64,000 nucleotides of DNA from an uncultured bacterium (GTDB lineage: Bacteria > Verrucomicrobiota > Verrucomicrobiia > Limisphaerales > UBA8199). Where the stretch lies: positions 64,001 through 128,000 of the forward strand of contig CAVVMW010000006.1 of assembly GCA_963749495.1 (NCBI GenBank), read 5' to 3'. Positions within the stretch are counted from its first letter, which is position 1. Each line of letters starts with the position of its first letter. Both the position numbers and the translations under genes were made by a program. This document shows, one piece after another, positions 55,479 through 64,000 of the stretch. Under the pieces are notes generated by a model. It had not been told where the DNA came from. It saw only the letters and a program-made list of their open reading frames with translations, and did no database searches.

Positions 55479-56285
55479 TCACGTCGTGCCGGCGTGTTTC
55501 ATGATGGCCTGGGCGGCCAGGCCCAGGCCCGTGAAAAACCCAGTATAAGCAAACCAGATGCCGAAGACGCAAGCGGCGGCCTTGACGAAAGAAATGCCGC
55601 TGAGCCGGGCCAACCCGGCCGAGCGGACCGCCAGGACCCAGAAGGTCATGATGTTGACGACGCCCAGGAGGTTGTGTACGGGGTTCTGAGGGTCGTATTG
55701 CTCGATGACCAGCAGCTTCAGGCTGGCGTCGGCAAAGAGATTGTTGAGCAGCAGGATGAGCAACATCTTCAGAACTGAGTCCAGGACAGCAATGACGTTG
55801 GCCAACCCGACGACCTCGACCGCTTTCATGTAAGAAAGGCCCCCCTTGAAGATCTTGTCGCCCACCAACCAGATGAACAAGCCCCAAACGAACGGGACGA
55901 CAAACCCCATGACCACAGGCCAGGCCGCAGCGCCGGCTTTGGTCATGATTCCGGCCATTCTTGCCCCCATCTCGCGGGCCCGCTCGGCCTGCTCGGGCGG
56001 CATCTTGGCCTTTTCGATCCGCTGCTCGGTGGATCGCTCCATCATCTCGGTGAATTGCTGCGCGAGGGCAGGTTGCGAGAAGATGATCGCCGCGCCCACC
56101 CAGCCTGCCAGAATGAGCAGCAGGCCCGGCACCAGCCAATTGGCCACGCAGGGCGGCGAATTCCTGAGCGCGTCGAAGGCCTCGCTCGGGGCCGCGATGA
56201 CGCCGGCCATCCGGCCGGCCAGCGACAGGGTCGGTTGCAGCGGAGGTTCAGGCCGCTCGTCCTGGGTTGAAGGGGGTTGTTCCAT
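55479..56285 (-). CDS. Yip1 family membrane protein
   Basis: GVIAAPSEAF start motif and five TM segments. Confidence 0.8.
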   Translation of the reverse strand: MEQPPSTQDERPEPPLQPTLSLAGRMAGVIAAPSEAFDALRNSPPCVANWLVPGLLLILAGWVGAAIIFSQPALAQQFTEMMERSTEQRIEKAKMPPEQAERAREMGARMAGIMTKAGAAAWPVVMGFVVPFVWGLFIWLVGDKIFKGGLSYMKAVEVVGLANVIAVLDSVLKMLLILLLNNLFADASLKLLVIEQYDPQNPVHNLLGVVNIMTFWVLAVRSAGLARLSGISFVKAAACVFGIWFAYTGFFTGLGLAAQAIMKHAGTT

Positions 56286-56457
56286 AATGCAATGGGTTTA
56301 GACAAAGTTGGCCACGGCTGGCCCCCAGGATGCCGGAACTGGGCCAATTTGTCCAGCGGTGGAGAGTCCGCGGTGTTGCTTTTCGAGCCATTGCTCGCGG
56401 CCCCGCCGGTCGCAACGCGTAACGCTATCCTGGAACGAATCAGCCGGTTCCGAGAGA

Positions 56458-56849
56458 TGGCCGGGTCGCCGCTCCAGTCGGAATCGAGGCCCAGTATGAA
56501 GCTCGGCGGCGTCGTGCGCGACCCTGAGGCCCGGCCCATCGCTTCTGCCCTTGTGAGCATCCGGACGGTCGTCCGCGACCAGGTGGGCCAGTTCGTGGAA
56601 GTGGAAGTGAACTCCGCCACCACCGGCGTTTCCGGCCAGTGGACCAGCGAGGGCGTCTTGCCCGATTACAAATCCCTCACCTTCAAACTGAGCCGCGCGG
56701 AATTCATTTCCGCGGAATACTCCCTCCCTGAATCGGGCAAGCCTGGGCCGGGAGAGGTTTCCCGGGCCGATCTCCTGGCCCTCAAGGCAGTCATGGAGAT
56801 GAAGCCCAGCGCGAGCCAGCGGAGGACGGGCAGGCGTTTGTGCCCTTAA
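56458..56849 (+). CDS. carboxypeptidase-regulatory-like domain protein or fragment
   Basis: GGVVRDPEARPIASALV..TTGVSGQW pattern; start uncertain. Confidence 0.45.
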
Positions 56850-56850
56850 C

Positions 56851-56879
56851 TGGCTGTCCGGCATGGATTCGAACCATGA
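56851..56879 (-). mobile_element. att core: duplicated tRNA 3' end (tRNA-Gln-like)
   Basis: TCATGGTTCGAATCCATGCCGGACAGCCA = T arm + acceptor 3' strand + G discriminator + CCA, with no 5' half. Confidence 0.8.
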
Positions 56880-57619
56880 AACAGGGGGGTTGCTTCGTTG
56901 CTCATAGGTGCATCGTTGTGCGCCGTCATGCCGTTACCTATACGATAGACGCCCTTTGTTTGCAAGCATTTTCTTGCATCCAAGCGCAAATAAGTGAAGA
57001 AAAACCTGTGCGGCACTGTGCGGCAACCATGCCGTGTGCGGAAACTGTGCGGTAAGCCCAGCAGGCCGAAAACTGTGCGGGAAGTGTGTCAGAGCCGGGG
57101 CCTTGCCGATCTTCCGCCCAGGGCGTCGCCGGTGTGGGCGGGCAAGGGGATTCTCGCCTGCGCGGCACCAGTTGCGCGGGGACCATGGCGACATAGCAGC
57201 CTGCCGGCTCGAATGCCTGCCAGGGCCATTCCCGCAAGGCGGCGCGGGCTTGTGGCCCCCGGGCCTGTCAAGGACAGCGGACACTGGCAGCGGATGCGCC
57301 AGAAGCCATGCAGCAACGCGCCCGGCGGCAAGGCGGGCCATCCTGGCGAGAGTGGCCACGGTGGATGCTGACCCCCGGCGGCTGTCGAGGCGTGACCTGC
57401 CGGCCAGCAGCGCCGTGCCAGTGCCGCCCCTGGGGGGACGGCGGGGCGCCCCCCCGGTGCCTATGGAGTTCCTTTTTGCCGAAGACCGCGCTTAGCAGGC
57501 CGGGCAACCCCTTTTGGGCGTGGGGTCTCGACGATACGGTGGCCCACGAGCGAGACACAGCCCGGTTTTTGGAGGTTTTATTTGATTGTCAATCTCGCCG
57601 ATTCCAGGTAACAACGGGC

Positions 57620-58426
57620 ATGACGCTCAACGTTACGCTGAAGGTCCCTGACGGAATTGTGATCGCGAGCGATAGCTTGATGACACTGACCGAATGGATC
57701 AGCAAGAAGATCAACATTGATTCCAAATGTCCAAAATGCGCTGAGCTTATTCAGCTCAAAGACGTTCAGATCCCGGCCTTCTCCGTGCCAAGCTCATCTT
57801 TCCCGTATGCGCAGAAGTTGTTTTCTATCAACGCGAGGCTGGGCTTGGCCGTCTATGGCGTCGCTCACCTGAACGGACGAAGCATGTATAGCCACATCAT
57901 GGACCTCACCGGTAAGCTCCCAAAGCCTGCCGAGGGCGAGGACTATGTTGAGATCGTCAAGAAAGCCGTTCTCGATTACTTTGACAACCAGATCGCTTTG
58001 GAGTGCACCAAAACCGGATTCAACTTGGCCTTGCAACCGGACGACTGGTTCCCATTCGGATTTCAGTTGGCTGGGTTTCACCGGGACGCCGCTGGGGAGC
58101 CGACACCCAAGGTATTCTGGATTCGAATGGGGAAGAAATCGGATGCGCAGCTTGTGAGCGCGCCGGCCTTCTGCACCGGCGTTTTCGAAGTCGTCACCCT
58201 CTTGTGGCCAGGCGGGATGTTGACCGCGAATGTCACCGCGTTTTCTTTGCAGGACGCGATTGACTATGCAAGGTTTCTGATACGGACGACCTCTGAGTAC
58301 CAGAGGTTTTCGGGAAAATGGCAGACGGTCGGGGGTGAGATTGATATAGCCTTGATCACGAACCGGAACGGATTTCAGTGGATCGCACAGAAACCGCTTT
58401 ATAAAATGTTGGAAGGACCGATATAA
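57620..58426 (+). CDS. proteasome beta-subunit-like Ntn hydrolase
   Basis: M-T start, DGIVIASDS, QKLF, TVGGEIDIALIT. Confidence 0.7.
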   Translation: MTLNVTLKVPDGIVIASDSLMTLTEWISKKINIDSKCPKCAELIQLKDVQIPAFSVPSSSFPYAQKLFSINARLGLAVYGVAHLNGRSMYSHIMDLTGKLPKPAEGEDYVEIVKKAVLDYFDNQIALECTKTGFNLALQPDDWFPFGFQLAGFHRDAAGEPTPKVFWIRMGKKSDAQLVSAPAFCTGVFEVVTLLWPGGMLTANVTAFSLQDAIDYARFLIRTTSEYQRFSGKWQTVGGEIDIALITNRNGFQWIAQKPLYKMLEGPI

Positions 58427-58430
58427 GAGT

Positions 58431-58637
58431 ATGAACGCGAGCTTTGCGTACTTTGAGGGCCAAGAAGCCCAGGCTTTGGTGTTTTACGAGCGAAGGCTGC
58501 GAGAGACGCAAGACCCAGAGGAACGCCGGAGGTTGGAGCGGCTTGTCCAGGAATTGCGCGCGGTTGTGGAAGAAACGAAGCAGCCGTTGCCCGATTTCTC
58601 ACTGTCGGCGCTGTCGCTTCGATGCGTTCAGCCCTAG
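58431..58637 (+). CDS. small coiled-coil hypothetical protein (68 aa)
   Basis: Starts 4 bp after the Ntn hydrolase stop. Confidence 0.55.
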   Translation: MNASFAYFEGQEAQALVFYERRLRETQDPEERRRLERLVQELRAVVEETKQPLPDFSLSALSLRCVQP

Positions 58638-58717
58638 AGCCCTCGCTGTGTAATTGATGTCTGTTCCGCCCGGCGGGCGAACCGCACTCGCAGCGCGGGG
58701 CAGACGGGCAAGACCCC

Positions 58718-58900
58718 CTAATAAACCAAAACGAGCACGGTCGCGCTTTCCGCGGCCCTCACCACATCCTCGAGTTTCCGGTCCCTGGGCGGCGTGGGGC
58801 TTTTGATCTTTGCGGAGATTTCGGGCAGGGTTTCCAGGAGGACGTTGAGCACCGAGCTTTTCAGTGCGTAATTGACATTTTGGGGAAGAGAGCCGGTGCT
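58718..58900 (-). pseudogene. C-terminal fragment of trypsin-like serine protease
   Basis: TGSLPQNVNYALKSS...ATVLVLVY with no catalytic domain upstream. Confidence 0.55.
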
Positions 58901-58989
58901 GTGAGGCGCGGCACGGGAGGCTCGGCGCCCAACTCCCCCCCGCGACGATTTTCGGGGACGCCCTGGGCCTCGCCACGGAGAGAATTCCG

Positions 58990-59208
58990 TCAAAGCTGGC
59001 GCAACAATTCGGCTGGGCGAACCCCCAGCGCCTTGGCAACCCTCAGAAGCGCGTGGAGGCTGATCCACTGCTCGCCGCGTTCGACCTTGCCCAAATAGAC
59101 CGGGTGGAGATCAGCCTTTTCCGCCAATGTCTCCTGGCTCAGGCCGGCTTGCTTGCGGCAATCCCTGATCGTGGTGCCAAGTATCTTGATCTGTTTGTTG
59201 CGGAGCAC
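58990..59208 (-). CDS. XRE family HTH transcriptional regulator
   Basis: RKQAGLSQETLAEKADLHPVYLGKVERGE. Confidence 0.88.
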   Translation of the reverse strand: MLRNKQIKILGTTIRDCRKQAGLSQETLAEKADLHPVYLGKVERGEQWISLHALLRVAKALGVRPAELLRQL

Positions 59209-59348
59209 GGTCCGCAAAGGAATCAGGAACAGTCGGAATCGAACACAGCCAACATGGGTGTATTTTGCGCTTGTGTTCTTGGCCAACCCTCCCCAAGATT
59301 GGGCTCGTCCCTCGGGTTTTGCCGCGAATTCAGAAACGTTAATCGCTT

Positions 59349-59663
59349 GTGAAACTGGAAAAGCTTGGCTGGAGTGCCGGCGCAAGAGTTTGTGCGGCAG
59401 CGTTGCTCTTTTGGGCTATGGGCCGGCATCCGTACGGCTACTACAAGCTCCTCCGGTGGGTCGTCTGCGGAGTGGGCGCCTACATGGTCTTGGAGGCTGC
59501 GAAGTCGAAAAAGGAGGGCTGGGCAATCACGTTTGGGATTACTGCCCTCCTGTTCAACCCATTTGTACGCGTCGGGTTCGACCGTGACACGTGGCCGTGG
59601 GTCGATCTTGCGGCGGCGATCCTGTTCGTGATCTCCCTGGCTCCCCTTCGGGGGAGGGACTGA
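59349..59663 (+). CDS. DUF6804-like small membrane protein
   Basis: PYGYYKLLRWVVC, LLFNP, W..VD. Confidence 0.7.
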   Translation: MKLEKLGWSAGARVCAAALLFWAMGRHPYGYYKLLRWVVCGVGAYMVLEAAKSKKEGWAITFGITALLFNPFVRVGFDRDTWPWVDLAAAILFVISLAPLRGRD

Positions 59664-59739
59664 CAGGTGCGAGAACAAGCGTGTAAGCCCAAACAACAAC
59701 CCTTCTACTTTCGGCCATGGCCACAACATTTGATGCTTA

Positions 59740-60224
59740 TGAAGCAAGCTATTAAAGCAACAACCTCAGCGGTGGGCTCAATCTTGGTGGTCGTCGCGCT
59801 CTTGCTGATCGCCGACTTGCTCATCTTTGGAATCGGTTGGATCTCTGGGAGGGTTCTGCCGACGCTGAACCTGATCGTGGAAATCCTCTTTGTCGCCCTG
59901 CTCGTGGTCGGGCTGCCTTTACTGTTTTCCCGAAAAACGCGCGGCTATGTTGGCATCGGTTTTCTGTGGTGGAGTTATCTTTGCGGTCTCAACCTGTGGT
60001 TGCTCTGCCTCTTGGTGTGCCTGAATCTCTGGGGCGTGACTGCGGCAGTAGCAGGGCTTTGCCTGGCGGGCGTCGGCGTTCTGCCCGTCGCCCTTCTGGC
60101 TGCGCTGTGCAAGGCGGAATGGCTTATGCTCGGGGCCATCCTCTTTCAGCTTGTTCTGACCCTCGGCGCCCGGTTTGGCGGGGTCTTTTTGGTGTCGAGA
60201 TCCAGCCTCTCGGACGGATTATGA
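59740..60224 (+). CDS. hypothetical multi-pass membrane protein
   Basis: Several hydrophobic segments. Confidence 0.6.
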
Positions 60225-60227
60225 ACC

Positions 60228-61508
60228 TAAGTACTCGTTGGCATAAATAATATGACGTATTATTGTTTGCCTTTCTTGAGCGAATGGAGCAAACTTGGCA
60301 TATGCCTGGTCGCATATACCATGCCAAGATATAGCCCATATCCCATCGTCCTGACGGAACACGAAAGGACCGCTCTCGAAGACATGGCCCGAAAATATAC
60401 GTCACAATATTTTCAGGTCGTTCGAGCCAAAGCCATCCTCCTGGCCGCCAAGGGCCTGCGCAACGACCAGATCGCCCAGAGGGTTTCGTTGCCCAGACAG
60501 AGCATCAGCAAATGGCGCAAACGGTTTTTCGAGGAGCGATTGGACGGCTTGGACAATCTTCCTCGTTCCGGGCGCCCGCCCGTTTTCCCCCCCTGAACTG
60601 GTGATCCAGATTAAAGCCATCGCGTGCGAACTGCCCCATCAACAGGGCCTGCCCCTTTCCCGCTTTAGCCGCCAGGACTTGGTCCGAGAAGTCGCCCGCC
60701 GCGGTCTGGTGGCCAGCGTCAGTGGCCGGACCATCTGGCGCTGGCTCGATGAAGACGCTATCCGGCCCTGGCAGCCTCGCAGTTGGATTTTCCCCCGCGA
60801 CCCGGATTTTCAAATCAAGGCGGAGCGGGTGTTGGATCTCTATCAAGGATTGTGGAACGAGCAGGCATTGGGAGCCGAGGATTACGTCCTTTCGGCCGAT
60901 GAAAAAACCAGCATCCAGGCCCGCCTTCGGCTACACCCCACTTTGCCGCCGCGACCGCGCCAAGCCATGCGCGTTGAGTTCGAGTATGAACGTGGGGGAG
61001 CTCTGGCTTATCTGGCGGCTTGGGATGTACGGCGGGCCAAAGTGTTTGGCCGTTGCGAAGCCACCACCGGCATCGAACCCTTCGGCCGGTTGGTCCAACA
61101 GGTGATGGAGCAGGAGCCCTATCGCCATGCCCAAAGGGTCTTCTGGATCGTGGATAACGGCTCCTCCCATCGCGGGGCCGCCGCGGTGCAACGGCTCCAA
61201 GGCGCTTATTCCAACCTGATCCTGGTTCACTTGCCCGTTCATGCCAGTTGGCTCAACCAGGTTGAGATTTACTTTTCGGTCGTCCAGCGGAAGGTGCTCA
61301 CGCCCAATGATTTCTCTTCCTTGTCGGAAGTGGCGGATCGCCTCTTGGCTTTCCATCGATTCTACGAACAAATCGCCAAGCCCTTCGAGTGGAAATTCAC
61401 TCGCGCAGACCTCCAAGAACTGATGAGCAAGTTGGCCGGCCAGACTTCAACCGCCCTGGCCGCTTGACCATGAAAAATACGTCAACGAATTTATGCCCCA
61501 GAGTACTA
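60228..61508 (+). mobile_element. IS630 family insertion sequence
   Basis: Imperfect 32-bp TIRs (AGTACTC..CATAAAT..GACGTATT), TA/CTAA at both ends, DDE transposase. Confidence 0.9.
60321..61467 (+). CDS. IS630 transposase (HTH ORF + DDE ORF split at TTTTCCCCCCC)
   Basis: PRSGRP; ADEK, IVDNGSSH, SWLNQVE. Confidence 0.88.
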
Positions 61509-61908
61509 AGTCGGGACGACGCGATCTGTGATACTGGCGGCTCGCTTGCACCACCGGCCAAGCGCGGAACTGGGAATCCCGCGTTGACCGAGTAGTACCG
61601 GTAGCCATCAGCACTACGCCGCATCCTCGCAGGAAGTGCCAGGAGCCGAGCGAAGTTCGGCCAACTTGGTGGGGGTGCCGCCGCCGGATGCCGGAGAGCT
61701 TCCCGGTGGCCGGTGGTACACGCGGGGTCATTCGGCCATGCCGGGAGCGCGGCGGCGTCCTGGAGTGCGACCAGGACTACCCTGGCCAGGCTGCCAGCAG
61801 CGAGGTCGGGGTAGGCATGAGCGGGTTTCCGCCGGTCTTTCTCCACTTTTGCCGGCCTGTGAACGGCTGTTCAGTTGAACCGCCGCCTAATGTGGTTTAC
61901 GGTTGGGC

Positions 61909-62280
61909 ATGCCGCTATTCGATTCCGCAAGCGCCCGCGAAGCCCAAAGGAAATCCGCTGAGTCACGACGCGCTAATCGCGTGGGAGGCGGGCAAGCGCA
62001 ACCGCAATCCGCCCCGCTACACCCCACTGCTGATGGGTTTGTGAGCGCGTGTCGCGCGCGTACGCAGGCGCAGATCAACCGACTGGATGACATGATTGAC
62101 GCCATGCTCTCGGGCGAGGCGGCGAAGCTCGATGGCCAGGCCATTGACCGGATGGCGTCCGCCAAGTCCCGCCTCTACGAGATTGAGCGCGTCCTTGCGG
62201 GGCGCCCGACTCCCGGTTCGCTCCGTCCAACCGCCGAGAAGCCAAGGCGCGGTATTGGGGCGAGGCTCGAAGGCTTGTGA
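61909..62280 (+). CDS. hypothetical phage-type protein (possibly terminase-small-subunit-like)
   Basis: PLFDSASAREAQRKSAESRR N-terminus, helical core; position inside the element. Confidence 0.45.
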   Translation: MPLFDSASAREAQRKSAESRRANRVGGGQAQPQSAPLHPTADGFVSACRARTQAQINRLDDMIDAMLSGEAAKLDGQAIDRMASAKSRLYEIERVLAGRPTPGSLRPTAEKPRRGIGARLEGL

Positions 62281-62507
62281 CGATTCAGACGCGAAAGGAA
62301 TTCCCTGGTCGGGCAGACGGGGAGCCTGCTGGTTTCTTCGGCTCAACAGGGGGGACTGGGCGGCAGACCTCGCAACGGAAGCCGTAGCCGCGCAGCAAGG
62401 TTTTTAGCAGCCCGCGAAGCCGCTGGGCAGGACTGGCCCGCCAGTGACCGGGGACCGCCCGGATTGTCAGAACGTAGGTGTCGCCAGTCTGCCGTTCCGC
62501 CGGCACT

Positions 62508-62596
62508 CTGCCACTGCCATACCCTAAAGGGATATGGCAGAGTGGCGGTGCCTCTGTGCCAAGTGCGGATTTGGCGGAATTGGCAGAATTGGCAGG
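62508..62596. other. putative replication origin (TGGCA/TGCCA iteron-like repeats)
   Basis: CTGCCACTGCCATA-CCCTAAAGGG-ATATGGCAGAGTGGCGG plus TTGGC(A/G)GAA repeats just downstream of the primase. Confidence 0.45.
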
Positions 62597-62603
62597 GTGG
62601 GGT

Positions 62604-64000
62604 TTATTCACGCTTTTCGATGACGGGTTGCCACTTCCCGCCAACCTTGCTTTTCAGGACTCTCCCGGCGGCGAGAAGTTCCCTGCGGAGCCGGTAAAAC
62701 GTGCGCTCTGACGTGCCGTGTTCCTCGCGAGCGGCTTTAATCCAGTCCTTGTTCCTAAGCCCCTCTGCTGGCAGGACTTCGAGCAGGGCTTGGGCCTCAT
62801 GCTCCGGCTTCTTCCCGCCAGCTTGCTTTAGGTCCTCGGGGTTCAGGTCCTTCGCAACCCTCATCAGCGGGAAAGCCCACTCGACAACGAAAGGGGGTTG
62901 CTCCGGCAGGTTGCGCAGAATCAGGTCCACGGTGAAAGCGCCCTCGACCTTGTGTTTCGTGAGCGTGATGATGGTGTCGGCATCGCGTGTCCAAACGCCA
63001 CTGCCGCCGATTCGGTCAATCGCTTCCTTGCCGGCCTGGTTGCCTTTGGAGAAGTGCGCAGCGTAAAAGACAGCGGCGCCAGTCTCGACCGCCAGGCGCT
63101 CGATCTCGTTGCACAACTCGCCAATGGCGCCTGCGGAGTTTTCGTCCCGCCCGCCAAGGCCCTTGTAAATCGGGTCCAGGACTATCAAAACGTACGCGCC
63201 CGCCTGGATTCTGGCGAGCAGGCCCGGAAGCAGCGTCCCGAGCGCGGCGCCATGCCCGCGTAGCGTCCAAACGTCAAGGTTGCCGATGGCCTCGATGCCC
63301 TTGGCCTCGCACAGCCGCTTGATGCGCGCACGGATGAAGGCACGCGGGATCTCGAAATTGATGTAGAGAACGCGGCCATGGCGCGTCTCGAATTTCCACC
63401 ACGGCAGCCCGGCCGCAACGCTCGTTGCAAGGTCGAGCAAGATCCAGGTCTTACGGGCCTTGCTGCTGCTCCCCAGGACGGCCTTGAGTCCCTGGTGCAA
63501 GACGGCCTTGATAATCTCCGGTGGGAGCGTGGCCGTTTCATCGGCCAGGAGCGCAGCGGCATTGTCTATCGGCGGCAAGGTGGATTCAGAGGAGGCTTGA
63601 TCGTCCGGCGTCCATTCGGGCGCGCCTTGCGCCAGATCGTTCAGATCGGCAGCCTGCCCGCCGGCAGCGAAGAAGTCGGCGGCATCCTTGACCGGCTTGC
63701 CGTCGAGGTCCGGGAGTTCGATCACCTTCACGCTGGCGGCAGTCCCCTGGAGCTTGGCGGCCACGAGTGCAGCGTGTCTGCGGCCCGCCTTGTCCTTTTC
63801 CGCGACAACGACAACCTCGGCGCCGCGCAGCGGTTCGGACATTGAATCCGGCCACTTGGAATCGTCTGGCGTTGACAGGGCGCCGCCCGCGTTGCACGTT
63901 CCGACGAAGCCTTCCCGTTCCATCGCCAGGCAATCCTTCTCACCCTCGCAAATGAAAACGGGCCTGGCGTCCTTCACGGCTGCGATTACCTGCGGCAAGC
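62604..64000 (-). CDS. TOPRIM primase + AAA (RepA/AAA_25-like) helicase, 5' partial
   Basis: ICEGEKD and KDAADF TOPRIM motifs; GSSSKARKT Walker A-like, LDP Walker B, AHFSKG, GSG motif. Confidence 0.85.
   Translation of the reverse strand, partial: LPQVIAAVKDARPVFICEGEKDCLAMEREGFVGTCNAGGALSTPDDSKWPDSMSEPLRGAEVVVVAEKDKAGRRHAALVAAKLQGTAASVKVIELPDLDGKPVKDAADFFAAGGQAADLNDLAQGAPEWTPDDQASSESTLPPIDNAAALLADETATLPPEIIKAVLHQGLKAVLGSSSKARKTWILLDLATSVAAGLPWWKFETRHGRVLYINFEIPRAFIRARIKRLCEAKGIEAIGNLDVWTLRGHGAALGTLLPGLLARIQAGAYVLIVLDPIYKGLGGRDENSAGAIGELCNEIERLAVETGAAVFYAAHFSKGNQAGKEAIDRIGGSGVWTRDADTIITLTKHKVEGAFTVDLILRNLPEQPPFVVEWAFPLMRVAKDLNPEDLKQAGGKKPEHEAQALLEVLPAEGLRNKDWIKAAREEHGTSERTFYRLRRELLAAGRVLKSKVGGKWQPVIEKRE

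Larger units (their letters stand above)
56851..64000. mobile_element. integrated element (phage satellite/prophage-like), continues past the window end
   Basis: att core, arm-type repeats, lower-GC cargo, XRE gene, primase-helicase. Confidence 0.7.

Noticed and set aside
56851..56879. Functional tRNA gene
   Set aside because: Only the T arm and 3' acceptor strand are present; interpreted as an att core.
57405..57570. cos/pac packaging site in GC-rich hairpins
   Set aside because: Hairpins are present, but there is no diagnostic feature to support the call.
57308..57619. N-terminal extension or propeptide of the Ntn hydrolase
   Set aside because: GC-rich sequence that does not look protein-like; the ATG at 57620 gives the expected Thr1 directly.

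Overview
GC-rich bacterial chromosomal segment. Gene content and repeat types suggest Verrucomicrobiota subdivision 3 (Pedosphaerales/Limisphaerales-like); this is an inference. The backbone has a transglutaminase-like secreted protein, a BBP2 porin, a GH51 arabinofuranosidase, NIPSNAP, a ccsA/resB cytochrome c biogenesis trio, mbfA, PIG-L/ROK, cobA-hemD, a two-component system with a CzcCBA-like RND pump, SSADH, thiE, pfkB, Smr, two large histidine kinases, a nucleotidyltransferase and Yip1. Intergenic spaces are packed with REP/MITE-like palindromes and 7-12 bp tandem repeats. Three accessory regions stand out. (1) A decayed integrase island at the 3' end of tRNA-Asn (left end). (2) A central defence locus at 31.4-39.7 kb: a type III R-M system whose Res carries a C-terminal HEPN-like domain, a cargo slot between mod and res holding an unknown gene plus an internally deleted PIN toxin, an inverted remnant of a second res locus behind an unknown gene pair, and a candidate promoter-driven structured ncRNA. 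(3) A tRNA(Gln-like)-targeted integrated element, phage-satellite-like, from 56.85 kb to past the window end, with an att core, arm-type repeats, a proteasome-beta-like Ntn hydrolase plus small partner, an XRE regulator, IS630, a putative ori and a TOPRIM-AAA primase/helicase. Many genes carry single-base frameshifts that look like long-read assembly errors. All product calls come from motif recognition by eye; no searches were run.
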